A DNA stretch of 64,000 bases. Origin: Nymphaea colorata (lineage: Eukaryota). Shown here one piece after another: positions 1 through 14,755 of this stretch; the first letter of the stretch is position 1; the number at the start of each line of letters is the position of its first letter. The translations under genes were made by a program, and so were the position numbers. The notes under the pieces were generated by a model. The model searched no databases, had not been told where the DNA came from, and saw only the letters and a list, made by a program, of their open reading frames with translations. Location: assembly GCF_008831285.2 (NCBI RefSeq), contig NC_045138.2, positions 20,584,001 through 20,648,000 on the forward strand, written 5' to 3'.

Positions 1-433
1 GAGTTACATGAAAAATCCTCTCAAATATAGTGAGTCTATACACAAAAACTCCCTAAGGGTCAAGTTGCAAGCGGATTGGATATGGCTTGAGGGTCTTGTT
101 ATGACATCAGATTCGGGCCCAGTCCTCTATTAATATATATAACTTATTCTGATCGGATATTGGTTGCAACGTGTATGCAGTTGAGAGAAAAAGAGTAGTG
201 AAATATTTATATATTATTCGGATCCCAGATATTGCAACCTTCTAGTAACTTGCTGGGGACCAGATGCCATCGATAAATCCTAATCTTGTCGGACAGAGAC
301 TCCGGCTAGGGGATTGATCAGTGAATGTGTGGATGCCAATTTTATTAGATTGTGTGTAATGCTTGTGTTCCGAGTATGACCTCAAATAGTTAGATTCAAT
401 GATAAGGTCAATTCATTCTAATTTGGTATACGT

Positions 434-467
<34 letters not shown>

Positions 468-866
468 ACACTAAATGACAGCTCAAACTAGCCAGCTATC
501 TAACCAGGGTCATCCAGTTCAGTTTATCTTCAGATAGATAGTTAAGAGAAAAATAAAGAGAAAAAAGTATGCATTAATACTAAATGATACCCATCAATTT
601 TTTTTATCCTAACTATCCATCATGATAGATCAGATAACTATCCATCATGATAGATCAGATAGTTTAGTAACTCTAAAAAACCAAAAAGCCAACCTCTAAG
701 GCTGAATAGTTTTATTTATGCAACATTAGCAACCGTGTAAGTAGAGCATTTCATGATGGCAGTTGATTGGTCATAATTCTTAATCAATGGAATGCACCAT
801 TTGAAATGGTTTTTAGCATTATAAAATATTGAAAAAAAAGAAATTAGACTATAGTGGTAGCTGGCT

Positions 867-937
<71 letters not shown>

Positions 938-2979
938 ATTGCCCATTAGCTTATTGGATATACAGAATGGGTACAAATTGAATACCTCATGCCTTTCCTT
1001 TATGAAGATATGGCAATCACAATTTGCTTCAACATGGAAGAATATGCTTACCATTGAAATGGAGACTTTAAGCTGAAATATTGAGATATAAGTGTGCTAT
1101 ATATCTACACTATTTTGAGGGGAGGGAGAAGAGCCAGGAGAGCATCACTAAGATGGGAAAAAGAGGATATACATATCAAAAGCTACGATGGTCGTGACGG
1201 GATAAGTGAAAGGGAAAAAGAAAGTAGGGAATAAAGTTCCGTCTGTTTTGGTGGAGCTTTACTCCCCGTATTAAAGTTCTACAACCACCCAAAAAGTCCC
1301 CACACAAAATTTTCAAGTTTGTTAGAGATGAAACTTTTTAACAAATTTGAACTTTAGTTTAACTTTCATAATACAGTTCTACCAATTCAAACGGGCCTTT
1401 AAGGAGGAGACAAATGTTATTCTGCAGCTGGTAGACCGCGTCCCAATGCCGACAACCCAAAGAAAAACATAATATTTTTTTTTGTTGCTTGCAGATTAAG
1501 TATGTATTACTTATGATGTCCTTCAAAGAGAACCCCATCATATATATATATAGTTGGTATAACCAGACCACTTGAATAAGAGACAATGTAGCCTTATAGA
1601 TATGAGCTTGAGAATGATTTGGTAAGAAACATATATTAAGTTAGTTGTTTTCCTTACTTAAATAATGACTTTTATTAATAAAAAATAACTGGTTCTTATA
1701 AAATCAAAATTTTGGCAGTAGAAAGATTGATTTTGATTTTAAACAAAAGTTACTTAAACATTTATAAACACATTAAAGGTTCACATTTTGTTTAAAACAT
1801 TTTTTAACAAGAGTTCAAGAGGTCAGATATATATATATATATATAAAATAGAGAGAATCGTGCGAATGACAACATTGCCTTTATGGGGGCAAAGCCAATG
1901 GGCCTGGCAGGGGCCATGAACCCCCTATGTTCTTGAAATGCAGTTTGACATTTCTAAAATTTTTAATTTGGCCCCTGTAATAATTTTCAAAACTATATAG
2001 TGGTCACCCCTTAAAAAAGAAAAATCAATGGCATGGACTGTTGTGCACTTTGCTTGATTTTTGAATTTGAAGTTCGCTTAGTTTGTCGCCGCTGACGATA
2101 ACCACAGTGAAGGTGGAAGAGGGCTGGATTTTTTTCCCAACCATGGATCAATATCACTTCACAAGTGGTTGCAGGAATCGAGAGGAGACAAAATAGAATG
2201 AAAAGGAGTAAGAAGATGGCTGGTCTTAAGTAATAGTTCTGAAGCGTATTGGGCAATGAAATCTGGCAGTAGAGCAACGATCTGTTACCTCTTGGTTTAC
2301 ACATGAGCCCGTGAGTGAAGTGCTTGCAAATGGATTATTAGATCCAGTTTGAGTGCTTTGTCATTTTCTATTTGAGTTCCCACCTCTAAAAATATATTCA
2401 ACTAATTATCCTGTAGTTTACAACCTCCTCTACAGATAACCTTCTAGTAACTTCTAGAGGACCAAATGTCATGAGGGAGAGAGTTTGACGTTCCCAAGTG
2501 GTTACTGGATCCGGTTTGGTGGCCCTGCGCACATAAAGTCGAGTGCCCTTTAACTAAAAATTTCTAGCTTGCTCCATCCGGATGGGGATAGTTTCATTTT
2601 TCCTCCAATTATGTTGTCCCTTTGTGACTTTATTTCACTACTGCTGCTGCAGGTGACATGGATTATATCAAATCAAATGTTGGGACAGGAGAATCAGATT
2701 TATATCGCTTGAAGCTCATCTTGTAAAATGAATGCGACTTTGGGTTTCATGAGATCACATATTGTATGATTGACTTCTTGAAGGTGGCGTAGACGTTCGA
2801 TTAACCTTTGTTGTTGTCAACCGTTGGCAGAGGGGAGGCTCAACCTGCTGAACCTTTTGTTGGATGAGCAAGAACAGTATTTCATTTTATTGTCCAACAA
2901 TAGAATCGAAACCCCCACCCTTCCCCTCATCCCTTGGGTGCCTATATATATCTAAAAAAATATATTGAAAATGTAAAAT

Positions 2980-3120
2980 TCCTAGGTTTTGGAGATATCT
3001 TGCTCTTGTTTTGTGTTGATGATCATACTCTATTGTTCAACAACGCAAACCTCATATACATAAGAAATTTGCGGGGAATTTTAGAAGAGTTTGAGGAAAT
3101 TTGTATGGAAAGTTAGTAAA
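2980..3120 (+). pseudogene. Short degenerate LINE reverse-transcriptase remnant
   Basis: Translation LLLFCVDDHTLLF...NLRGILEEFEEIC resembles the plant L1 RT segment HLLFADDTLLF...L..IL..FE..SG. No long ORF. Confidence 0.4.
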
Positions 3121-5704
3121 TACTGTAATGAGTTCCGATGGATTTGCTGTAATCTCAATCTACTGCATCCCAGCTATCATTATAGGTAACTGCTGTGTCT
3201 AGAGAAGACAAGAGATTAATAGCTTGCAGCTGCCGTGATGGAGGGGGAAGGATTCTAGAGGCTGATCCAAAATTCTATCATGCTGATGGATTCTTTTGCA
3301 CAGAATCTGATTTTGAATGCTCAAATGAAAGAGATGCAATCTGAAAATAAGCAGGTTGTTACAGTTTCTACTAATAAAGCCTGACTAAGGCGGATGAATA
3401 GGGAAGATGCAGATGGAGAGGAGCTTAAATCACGTGATTCCTGCCATCTATAAAACTAAATGCAGCGAGAAGCTACTGATTTCCAAGGCTTCACCTCCAT
3501 GTTGATTCTGTGTTGGTTTCAGTTCCAATTCAGAATTAATTATTCGACTTACAGATGGAGCAGTAAACCTGTTGATTGGACTGTATAATGAAAGTAATTG
3601 CAGATTACTCTGCAGCTTCTGAACTAATTAGGTGGTTCATTTAAACAGATTGTAGGACTGTACATTTTTCTCTGTCAGTATAATCCCTTGTATAGTAGTT
3701 GACTTGGTGTTGTTCATATATAATAATGGAAAAGGTCTACCCAACAATCTTCTCCTCAAAATAACTATGATAAAGCAGTTGTAGGTGCGGCTTAACTGCT
3801 GGACATGATATGTGTTCATTCAGATAAAATCAAAGAACCTTCATTTGTTTGTGCAGCTTCCCAAGTAGACTGGCATTTGGCAATCCATTGTTTCGTATCA
3901 CTCAATCGCTGACAGCATGGTTCCTCTGTCTCTGCACTTTGACGATGCATGTTCGGGTGATTCGGAGGAGGAAGTGGCCACACTTTATCAAATTTAAGTA
4001 GTAGATTGTTTCCTCCTAATGGAAGTAACTATACAAGCAGTATCAGATCTTGAACTTGTTGGTTCTTATTAGGAGAAGCTCTAATGCAGCTGAATTCCTT
4101 TTGGTTTATGCTTGGGCTTTGGTACGTAACAAAAAAATCCAATTACTATCTGATTCTGCATTCCAGGTGTTGATGAATGATTTAACAATGGGGTTTCTTC
4201 TTTACCATCAGATAAGGTGGCCAGTGGACCGGGTAAGAACTGACGTAGGGGCGGAGGCAAGATGTGGGTAATTGCCTACTCAAACTCACTAAAAATTTTT
4301 ACTTTTATATTGACACTTCAGCGTAATTTTGATCATTTATATATTGGTGTTTTTTAAAGATTTGAAACATTATAACTAATAGCCCTTAACTAAAATTTTT
4401 TGGCAATGGCCCTTCAAAACTGTCCCTGGCCTTTGAAAACTCCACACTTCACACTATTCAGCCAGGCATGGGCCCACGGGCAGAGTCAAAGTAGGGCTCG
4501 TCAAAAAAAATTTAAAAAGAAATTTATATTTAAATTTTAAAAAATTTCACTTGTTTTATATAAAAATTTTGTCAAAATTTAGAAACTTTAATTCAGCCTC
4601 ATGAAAAGTTTCTGGCTGCCCCTATATACGCCCGCATGCTGCAAGCTTGAGCTAAGAGAACTTAGATCAAGCCCGGTTTGAAACAGAGTTCCTGGGTGGT
4701 CTGAGCCAGCCTGACCCAGTTTGCCTTTCCGCTGTAAATCCGGTGGAAGATGAGCTCCCCTACCTTTGTTAAAATGAATGAAAGAAGACCCACTTCGCCT
4801 TTCACCTCATATTTCATATATATGATGAGGTACTATTATATAAAACCTTATCTTTGTTCAAATAAGTCTTCTCTTTCATTTTTTTCTTCACAGGTGTCAA
4901 CTATGACTGAGCTGGTAAGTGTATTGCTACATATACTCTTACTATTTTGAACCAACTAAAATGTTCCTTAGCTAGGGAAATTGATTCATAAAGAATATCT
5001 TCCAGTTGTAGGAGCTTAGGAATTTGAAGGTGAATTTCTTAGCATGACCTGGTCGGGGACTGGCAGCTACTCTAGCTAGAAAGAGAAAAAGATCATTGAA
5101 CAGAAGATCTTAAATGTTCTAGCAAGAGCAGAGGAAGAAATTTCTAGTTAAGGGGTACGAATAATAAATTTTAAATTTTTAAGAGACATCAACATGTAAA
5201 TGAAAAAAATTGTCTTGAGGTGTCAACATAAAAATAAGTATTTTTTTTTTGTAGGTCTGTGTAGAAAACGGCCCACACGTTGCCCAGGCCTACCTCTGCC
5301 CGGAAGTTCCAACCAACTACCATTTTGGAATCTGACTTTTTAAATGATAATCAAATACGGTCTTCATGATGAACATGGTGATTAAACCCCAAGGGATTCC
5401 ACGGAATTGATCACACTATTGTCTGGTAACAGAGTTGGTTACTGGTTTGATTCCTATAGGTACTAACCCACTATTGTCTGGTAACGAACCGTTGGTTACG
5501 GGTTCGATTCCTGTAGACACTAGCCAAAGCAGACATAAACTCTGCGAGTGGGCTAGCATCATAATTTTTTTGTTTAAAGTTGTAAAAACACGGAGGTTGG
5601 TCGTCAACCTGGAGCTTTAGCTTATAGAAGGCAGACCCATTAAATAATGGGGCTCTTCCAGCTTTTGGAATCACTCCAGTTCGACAAGGAATAGTCAGGC
5701 ACCA

Positions 5705-5761
<57 letters not shown>

Positions 5762-8581
5762 GCTAAGTCTTCATTTGGGATGAACAGGAAAAAGGTCAAT
5801 GGTTCATTTTCTGTTGCTTGCATGAAAAGGAAAGTGGCTTCAGTGGTTCTTTTTCTGATGAGTTACATACATGGCTCTCTCTCTCCCTCTCTCTCTCTCT
5901 CACAAAGCTTACCTCAAAGAGTGTGATTGTTAGACAAGGTCACAGGAGATCAATGATATATAAAGGCAAATCTAAACTTGGCATATTAATATTATATGAT
6001 ATTCTGATCATGGAGGTATCCTTGGTCGCACATACACAGTTCTATTACTTGTTTTAAGTTCATCACCACCCAATTGATTTTGTAATGTTAAGATGTTAAA
6101 AGAGTTTTTTAGATAAAAAATTATAAAACATACACTACCGAACTATAGGATTATATTGAGATAATGTTGTACATAGTGTTCCAAAATATTTTTTCCTAAT
6201 ATTTTGAAATTAACATTGTGATTTCTTTACAGTTCAAAATGACAAGAGGATCAAGATATTTTCAGATATTGGAGGTATTTTGTGATTATGGTGCTAAAAA
6301 GGAATTAAATTACAAGATCAGGGTCTAATTCACCACATTTTGATGCCGTCACACACTTAATTTCTTATATATGACTAATGTTGTGATCATTTCCTCAAGC
6401 TCTAAATCTCAGAAAAGCAAGTTTGCATGTTACTTGATCTTCTACTTTGGTGAGGTATCAGGATGTTCCCCCATTTAAAACCTAAAATAGAAAAGTAACC
6501 TGACAAATCCCTCAATAAATATTATTACAAACCAAACTTAAATTAACAACGTAATTCTACAACTTATAAAATTGAAAGATATAAGAAACATAGTGTCAGA
6601 TATAACCACAATGTAAAACATATGCATGAACTGCACCGCAAAAATTGAATTACATGACAAAAAAATAAAAGCAAATAAATTGGAAAAAAATAAGGAAAAG
6701 AAAGATATGCAACTTTTGATCAATAGCAATACTGGGACCAACTGTCACACCCCAACCTTTTTACCCCCAAATAATTTTTTTTTTCTAAACATAAAGCATT
6801 AAGGTGCGACGACACAACAATTCAAAAAAGAAAGAGCTATGCCATTAAAAACAACGGGGCAAACTTTCATTTATATAACAATTTCAGTTCATACAAAATT
6901 ACATCAATGTATATGATAAAAATGGCCCAAACTGTATGATTGATGTCTAACAAAAACAAGACATCAATATAACTCTGTTTGCATTCTAAAATTTTCATTG
7001 GTTTTGGAGTGCTTCAAAGAAATGAGGTTTTGTTTTGAAAGAGGAAATAAAGGGACTCGCCCGTCGGTACGAGGATAGAGCGTTTCTGGCGCCTTTATCG
7101 GGGGTAATCAATCCAAGGGTTATGTTTATCATTGATGCATTTCGTTTTAACTTAAACATCTTTTTGATTCTATATGCGGTGTAGAAAATATTGAAAGTTT
7201 GATGTTTCAAACTTTTGAAAAGGTTCTTGAAAAGTTCTTGAAAATGTGAAATGTTTTGAGGAAAAAGTGGAACTAGTAAATATCATTTGAAAAGCTTGTG
7301 AAATCATTTTGAAATCACTTTAATGTTCTCTTAAGACTTTAAGTAGGTTTGAGATTTTGCTCTAATTCGTTTACCACCTAGCTAGAGCTCCATCCCATCT
7401 TGCTTAAGTTTTTTTGGAGGTGTGCTTGTGATCATAAGTGAAATAAAGTGGATGAGAATGCATGGATGCATTTATCCTATATGATTGAAAGAATGTAAAA
7501 CATTCATACCACAACATTCATTTAAAGTCATTCCTACCACAACATACATCTAAGATTTTGTTGTTATAATTATTGTATATAAGAAGAAAAAGTTTTTGAA
7601 AAGGGACATGGATTGTAGACCATCAAGCATGATTCCAATATTGGGTTATTACTTGGTTTGTGGTATTAATGAAGTTGGTAAATAGAAAGTTCGTGAGAAA
7701 AGAATATTAAAAGAATACAAGAGATAAAACATTCTTATGAAAAGAAAGAGAGAGAGATAGAGAAAGACATGCATATAGCCATCACGTATACACATATATG
7801 AAAGCTTAAGAGAAAAAGATGTATTAATTTGAAGAGAAAGAATAGAGGTTTTAGAGGAAAAGAAAAATATACATACGTATATATGGGTATGAATAAGAAA
7901 TTTTGTAGGTGAAGATATTTGTCTTGAAAAGAGAAATAAAATATTTGAAAAAGAGGAAATATAGCACATATGCATACACATTCAAGCATATATGAAAATT
8001 TGTAAAATGGAAAGTGAAAGCATAGAGAGAGAAAGATGGGGGGTATCATCACGTGTGCATGGATGTATATAATATGTATATACATATGTGCCTTCACAAG
8101 ATTAGAAATCAAGGAATAACTTAACACTACCAACTTCAAGTTAATGTGGGCCGGAGGGGAGCTTGGACTCATGCAAGAGTCCAAGCTAAGTCCCTAAGGC
8201 TATGTTAAAAGATTGCTTTTGAAAATGTTTTGGAAAATATGATTTGTATAAGCATAGAATGTTGTTATTTAATTTGTTGTAAGAGATATATTTCTTTCAC
8301 CGTTGGGTATGGAAGAAAACAAGCAATATAACGAGACACTCATTAGGGTTCCTAATGGGGTAATTAGGAAGGAAACTTATACGCAATGACATGAGAATGC
8401 ATTTGTTAACATGTACATATTTGTGAAGGCTTTTCCGTGTTGGACAAGTCCCAACCTCAAAAATTAATAATAAGATAAAAATGAAGAACTCCAAGCCACA
8501 CTCTCATTCTCATCATACATTCACATATAGACGGAAAACCAAACAACTATGTATGAGTGATACATGGATAATATTCAAGGA

Positions 8582-8626
<45 letters not shown>

Positions 8627-8680
8627 GAAGAGAAAGATTCAACTAGAAAGGAGGGCATAATATAACTATGAAATAAATGA

Positions 8681-9660
8681 TCATCTCATCTTTCCATGCT
8701 CCCAGTGCACTTGAGCATAGCCTCTTGTCTCTAAAAAGAGATTGAGTGCTATCTCCTTTGGCCATGGGGAGATAAAGATGAGAAGAAAATAAAGAAATGA
8801 AAGCAATGCTGCATTCAATAAAAGGGAAAACATGATTCAATCGTGAAATGAAAGATTATCTCATCTTTCCATGCTCCCGGCGCACTTGAGCATAGCCTCT
8901 TGTCTCTAAAAAGAGGTTGAGTGCTATTTCCTTTGGCATGAAGATGAGAAGGGAAGATGAAAACAATAACAAGACTATGTTCAAGAAAAAGAAATAGCAT
9001 AATAATAACATATTAATGAAAAATAACAACAACAAAAATACTTGAAAGAGCATGATTTAATCATAAAACAAAATATCTTTTCATCTTCTTATGCTCTCGG
9101 TGCACTTGAGCATAGCCTCTTGTCTCTAAAAAGAGGTTGAGTGCTATCTCTTTTGGCCATGGAGAGATGAAGATGAGAAGAGAAAATGAAAACAATCAAC
9201 AAAACTATGTTCAAGAAAAAGGAATAGCATAATAATAAGAACATATTAATGAAAAATAACAACAACAAGAATATTTGAAAAAGTATGATTTAATCATAAA
9301 ATAAAATACCATATCATCTTTTCATGCTCCCGGTGTACTTGAACATAGCCTCTTGTCTCTAAAAAGATGTTAAGTGCTATCTCCTTTGGCCATGATGAGA
9401 TGAAGATGAGAAGAGAAAATGAAAACAATCAACAAGACTATGTTCAAGAAAAATGAATAGCATAATAATGAGAATATATTAATGAAAAATAACAACAACA
9501 AGAATACTTGAAAGAACATGATTTAATTATAAAATAAAATATCATCTCATCTTCTTATGTTCTCGGTACACTTGAGCATAGTCTCTTGTCTATAAAAAGA
9601 AGTTGAGTGTTATCTCCTTTGGCCATGGAGAGATCAAAATGAGAGAAAAATAAAGAAATG
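8681..9660. repeat. Five copies of a ~95-bp conserved core (GCACTTGAGCATAGCCTCTTGTCTCTAAAAAGAGGTTGAGTGCTATCTCCTTTGGCCATG) in ~180-235-bp tandem units inside the solo LTR
   Basis: Core copies start near 8685, 8862, 9082, 9315 and 9548. The A-rich intervening sequences are also related to each other. Confidence 0.9.
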
Positions 9661-9675
9661 AGATGATGATGATTA

Positions 9676-10081
9676 CATACCTCTAATAAGAAATGACCTA
9701 AGGAACATAAACACCTTCACTTGAAGATCACCTTGAAGCTCCAAGATGATGCCTCCAAGAGGATTGTAATAGCACTACAAAACAAATCTTATAATATATC
9801 AAAACATTTGCATGCATACATACATTCACTCACAAAACAATCATTCAATCACATCGCAATCCTAGGATCTCACAGTCATACCTCTAATAAGAAATGACCT
9901 AAGGAAGATAAACACCTTCACTTGAAGATCACATTGAAGCTCCAAGATGATGCCTCCAAGAAGATTGTAATAGCACTACAAAACAAATCTTATAATATAT
10001 CAAATCATTTGCATGCATACATACATTCACTCACAAAACAATCATTCAATCACATCGCAATCCTAGGATCCCACGGTCATA
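9676..10081. repeat. ~201-bp direct tandem duplication inside the solo LTR
   Basis: CATACCTCTAATAAGAAATGACC... starts at 9676 and again at 9877, with few mismatches. Confidence 0.9.
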
Positions 10082-11782
10082 GGAACACACATTCACACGT
10101 TTCATTCCAGGCAGGAATTTACCAGAAATACCGTCATACCTGTCGGGCGTCCACAAAACACTGAAAACGCCTCAAGCTTCACGTCTGATCGCTCAAAGTC
10201 TACGGGATATACACGGTGTACCTGCAAACATACACAAGTGGTAAATGACTAAATTCTCTATTGGTTTAGCTCCACAATCAAAACAAATAAAAAAAAAAAT
10301 CATTGAGGCATGGAATTGCCTCAAGATGGTGTTGACAGGTAGTGTCGACCTACAAAGCCCTCACAAATGTCTCTTCCCAACTCTTTGAGGTTGTGACCAA
10401 ACATCTAAACTCAAAGCTTCGAACAATCTATCACTAACACACATCTCATTAGCTTTTTTTAGTTGAATCGTCTTCCCAATAATACACCTAACTTGAATGA
10501 TCTTTTCCAGCTAACATCTAAAAACGCCCGCCGACAATAGTATGTACCACAAGTTGCAATAACGGTCCTATATCTTCTCAACCACATCCAACCTTTACCA
10601 TGTTTCCAAATAGCTTCAAAAATCAACACTTCATGCTAAAGAGATAGATATACACGTGGATTCTTGTTCTTCTAAAAAATAATCATAAACTTCTCCCAAA
10701 ATGACAACATCACTAAAATGCAATCCAAACCATCAAATCATGAGTCTAGCGTGTTCAAATAATAATTAATCATGCTCTAATAGATAATAGTCAACAATCT
10801 AAGCTCGATTAGGCCTTGCTCACCCCAAGTTAAAAGTCCAAACTGCTATGATGCTTTCAGCAGCCACCCTACAAATTCAAGTGATCCCCCAAACAACCAA
10901 AATTAACTGTCATCATCACCCCCCAAGTCTTCAACTCGTTGGCATGGGAGGATATGATGTGTCCCCAACTGCAATCCAAACCAACGGCCACCAAAATAAT
11001 CAAAAACAGCAATAAGGAGGTTAAAAGATGACCTTCCGCGGTGAAGAGCTGGTTCGGTTGAAGATGGGAGACACTCAGAGTGAGGACAAACTGGCGGAAA
11101 AGAGAGAGTGTGCAGAGGGAGAGTGCACGACTGAGGGGCTGCTGATGGAGGGGAGACTGACAGGGAGAGGGAGAGGGCAGAGGGGAGGGAAATCGAGTGG
11201 GGGAAATGGGAGAGATGGTGAGGAGGAGACAGATGAGACGAGGAGGGAGCTCGAGCAGAGAGGGAGAGAGAGAGAAAACGTGTGGGCAGAGGGTGCTGAC
11301 GGAGAGGGGAGAGGCTGCGTAGGAGGGAGGAGGAGAAGAAGGAAGAGGAAGGAGGAGGCGGAGAGAAATCGGAAGCCTCACCTGAGCACCACCGCCGCTG
11401 TTCTCGTCACCGCCTTGCACCAACCTTCGTCTTCTTCTTCTTATTCGCGTTGGCACGAGAGGCAACAAAGGGGGACTAAGAGGAAGACGAGGGAGAAGGG
11501 CCCTCGCGTCAGGTTCCTTCACGCCAAAGGGTTCGGGTCTGGGTCTGGACCCGCTCCAACTCGACCTGCAATAAAACGAGCGTTACACCAACAGCAAAAG
11601 TCACATTTTCCATAGACATAACCAACTCAAATTTTGAAATGGAACATATAATTCATTATTCATTTATATCTCTTGACTGATGAAATGGTTGACATAAAGT
11701 GACATTTGACATTTGATAAGGATATGCCATCCAAGCGCATCTCTCTCTCCCTCTCCCTCTCCCTCTCTCTCTTTTCTATGTT

Positions 11783-11814
<32 letters not shown>

Positions 11815-13563
11815 CCACCCTAGTTGTTGCCTTGTAATTTTCTGCTGTTTGTTTTTCATGAAATAGAAAACCTTTTTACTCCTGATGGAAATTTACAGTC
11901 TTTCTTGCCTTTCCAATGGAACTCAAAATTCTTCATCTTCGCTAACTATACTTTAGCTTGTACTTGTACGTCATGTGAGCTCATTTTGCAATACAGAAGG
12001 TCGATGCTTTGGGAATTCAAAATGGAAATTGACTACCTACTAACTCGTGTCCCAACTGTTGTGCCAACCTTTTTAAAGATAATTTAGTATTCATCATAAA
12101 TCCAACCATATAGATGGATGCAAAGTATATGTTAAATTTTATATGATCAAAAAATCATAAAAGAAATAGATGTATAAAATAAATTTATAATGTTTTAAAG
12201 TTAACTCTTTCACTTTTCTTGACACATAAAATTCTTTATAAACATCTGAATTTTGTAACTTTTTAGATTTATATCTTCATATAATTTATATCTATCTATA
12301 TGGTTAGATTTACAAGAAAAAACTTATCGCACGCACACGCACCCGCACATACTGGATAAGAGGATACATGTTTGTGTGTGTGTGACCTGCTTATACATTT
12401 TATTTTCACATATTTAAGCCAAAGTGTCTTCTGTGTGTGTGTGTGTGTGACCTGTTTACACAATTATACATTTATATAAAGAGAAAAAACCCAAAGTGCG
12501 TTCCACTTAAAACAAACTCAGGCATACTTAATTTGCGTGTGTGTGCGTGCATGCACACGAGTGTGACCGGTCTACACGATTATCTAAAGCGACACAAGCC
12601 AAAGTATCTTCATTCAACTTAAAAGGACACATGCATACTTTGTGCGTGTGCGTGCACGCAACCTACTTATACATTTATATGAAGAGAGACAAAGCCAAAA
12701 TGACTACTTAAAACACACACACACGTATTTTATGTGTGTATGACATGCTTTTACATTTATATAAAGAGAGACAAGCCGATAAAGTGCGTCTTCATTTTTA
12801 GTTCTTGTGCACTCATATATTTGCCTTTGGAATATAACTTCTGTGAAGATGCCGAAAGTAGATGCTACCGCTAACAAAGAACCGACCAAACGCATGGAAA
12901 GGAAGTAAAGGTCTGAACACCTTTCTCACTTCTGTCTACTCTTTAACTCCCAAGTAACTTTGTCCCTCTCTTTGCTTCTCCATGCAGGTTTTGCTTATCA
13001 TATTTCATTCCTCTACTTTTTAAGTGCTACTTTATTCTCCACCCCTTTTCTGCTTTGGAGGATCTATAAAGTTGCTAAAAGAAGATGTTAGTCATCTTAC
13101 ATAATGAAATCGGAAATGATTGAGAAAGCAACTTCGTTTTTTAGAATTCTTGTGAAAGGTGTTTTGATTATGAGATCCATATGTTATATATCTTTTTTCT
13201 TTTTCATTAATCCCCTTATCTTAATGTGTTACATATTCATTTTTCTGATCATATATCAGCACTGAATGTTTTTCGCTTCCGTTTTTAGCTCACTTCTTTG
13301 GAGGAGATTCTATAACTCCACCTGAAAACTCAGTTAATAAACTCAGTGGAGCTGAATTGGTTCTATTAACATAGTCTTAATGAGAAATCAAGGATCTTTA
13401 AAACTTCAATAAACAAGGGAATATTTAAACAAGTTCTATAGAAATGAAGTGAAAATGAATGACTTGTAATATATAGGGTTCATTCAAACCTCCTCATATG
13501 TGCTTCTTGCTTAAATTATATCATGATTTTCACTAGAATTGGCAAATTAGAGGCACTTCAAAT

Positions 13564-13859
13564 TAAGGGTGGATGTTGGGCCGGGGTCGGGCTGGCCCGG
13601 CCTGATTGGGCCCGAGCCTAGGCCGGGAAAAACCTGGCCCGGGCCCAATAGGCCAGCCCAAGTCAGCCCGTTTAGATTAAAAAATATATATTTTTTTTGT
13701 TTTAATAATATATATTTATTATTAATAAATATATTTTATATTTAAAAAATTATTTTATAATTAAAAAATTATTTTTAAATTTTAAATGGGCCTGCCCCGA
13801 GCCGAGACCCGAGCTATCGGACCGGGCCCAGGCCCGACCCGGCCCAATGCCCACCCTTA
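13564..13859. mobile_element. hAT-type MITE
   Basis: TIRs TAAGGGTGG.../...CCACCCTTA, GGCCCG-rich subterminal repeats and an AT-rich core. 8-bp TSD CTTCAAAT (13556-13563) / CTTCAGAT (13860-13867), 7/8 match. Confidence 0.8.
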
Positions 13860-14002
13860 CTTCAGATTTAGACATCATAAACTTGGAGACTATCAGATTG
13901 GCATCTGTTCTCCCTAACGTCAAATCCACTTTGACCAAATTTGCTTCTTTGTTTTTCTTTTTTTTTTCATGGGTTTTTTTCTTTGGATACTTAATTATCC
14001 AC

Positions 14003-14166
14003 ATTTTTATCCATCATAAAAAACATATTAGAGTTTTTAACGGGGGCAATTTCTTTAGAGAAAGATCACCACTGCTCCTCAACTTTCTTTCTTCTACGAT
14101 TTTTCCATTCCCTTTATTTATCATCCTTTTTTTTACTCCATTTTCCTTAATTTCCATGGCATTGAA

Positions 14167-14264
<98 letters not shown>

Positions 14265-14755
14265 GTTTAATGAAACCCTTTTTGCTACGTCGTTCAATCC
14301 TATATTTGAGTAGAGGCAAAAGAAGAGCTCCCATGCACTATGAAAGCGAAGAAAGTAGGGAAATTTCTATTTTTCGTCTTACCTTTTACTTTTATAATTT
14401 CAAAAAATGAAGCACTGTTTATTATTCCCTAAAAGAGACAGTTTCCGTAAAGCTGTTAAAAAAGGGCCAACGTTGACTTTTTTTTTGTTAAAAAAAATAC
14501 AAACACGTAGGTTCGCTTTTCAAGTTTACAAAAATTCACTTCATGCCCTTATATGTTTCTCGCCTTTTTAGACAATATTGTGTACACTGCTGTTCGTGCA
14601 GATGGAGAAATTCATGTTAACCATTTCAAATTCAGATTTGATCAGTGACGTGTTTACTTAATTAGTTAGTTCCAAAAGGAACCGAGGTGCGTTTCTATCT
14701 TTATTTTTTCAAGAAAGACAAAACAAATCAACCTGGAATTCACTCTTCCCGACTC
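14003..14755. repeat. Left copy of a long direct duplication flanking the PIF/Harbinger element
   Basis: Near-identical to 21447-22164. The differences I could see are (CA)/(AT) microsatellite length and a 1-nt indel (CTACGTCGTTC vs CTACGTCTTC). Confidence 0.95.

Larger units (their letters stand above)
6743..11587. mobile_element. Large solo LTR (~4.8 kb), probably Ty3/Gypsy (Ogre/Tat- or Tekay-like)
   Basis: Begins TGTCACACCCC (6743) and ends GAGCGTTACA (11587), giving TG...CA termini with short terminal inverted similarity. Perfect 5-bp TSD CCAAC at 6738-6742 and 11588-11592. No gag/pol inside. Contains internal tandem repeats and a GA-rich segment. Confidence 0.8.

Noticed and set aside
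716..1054. ORFs with IYIYIY runs (also 5471-5761 and 13847-14410)
   Set aside because: Translations of (AT)n microsatellites.
8681..9660. Repeat-spacer pattern resembling a CRISPR array
   Set aside because: The repeats are ~95 bp, the spacers are homologous to one another, there are no cas genes, and the array lies within a plant LTR.
10869..11615. 217-aa and 195-aa overlapping ORFs
   Set aside because: Low-complexity translations of the GA-rich part of the solo LTR, with no domain signal.
12330..12800. Degenerate GTGTGACC...TACATTTATAT...AAGCCAAA repeats
   Set aside because: No TIR/TSD or coding signal resolved; probably a decayed minisatellite or TE remnant.
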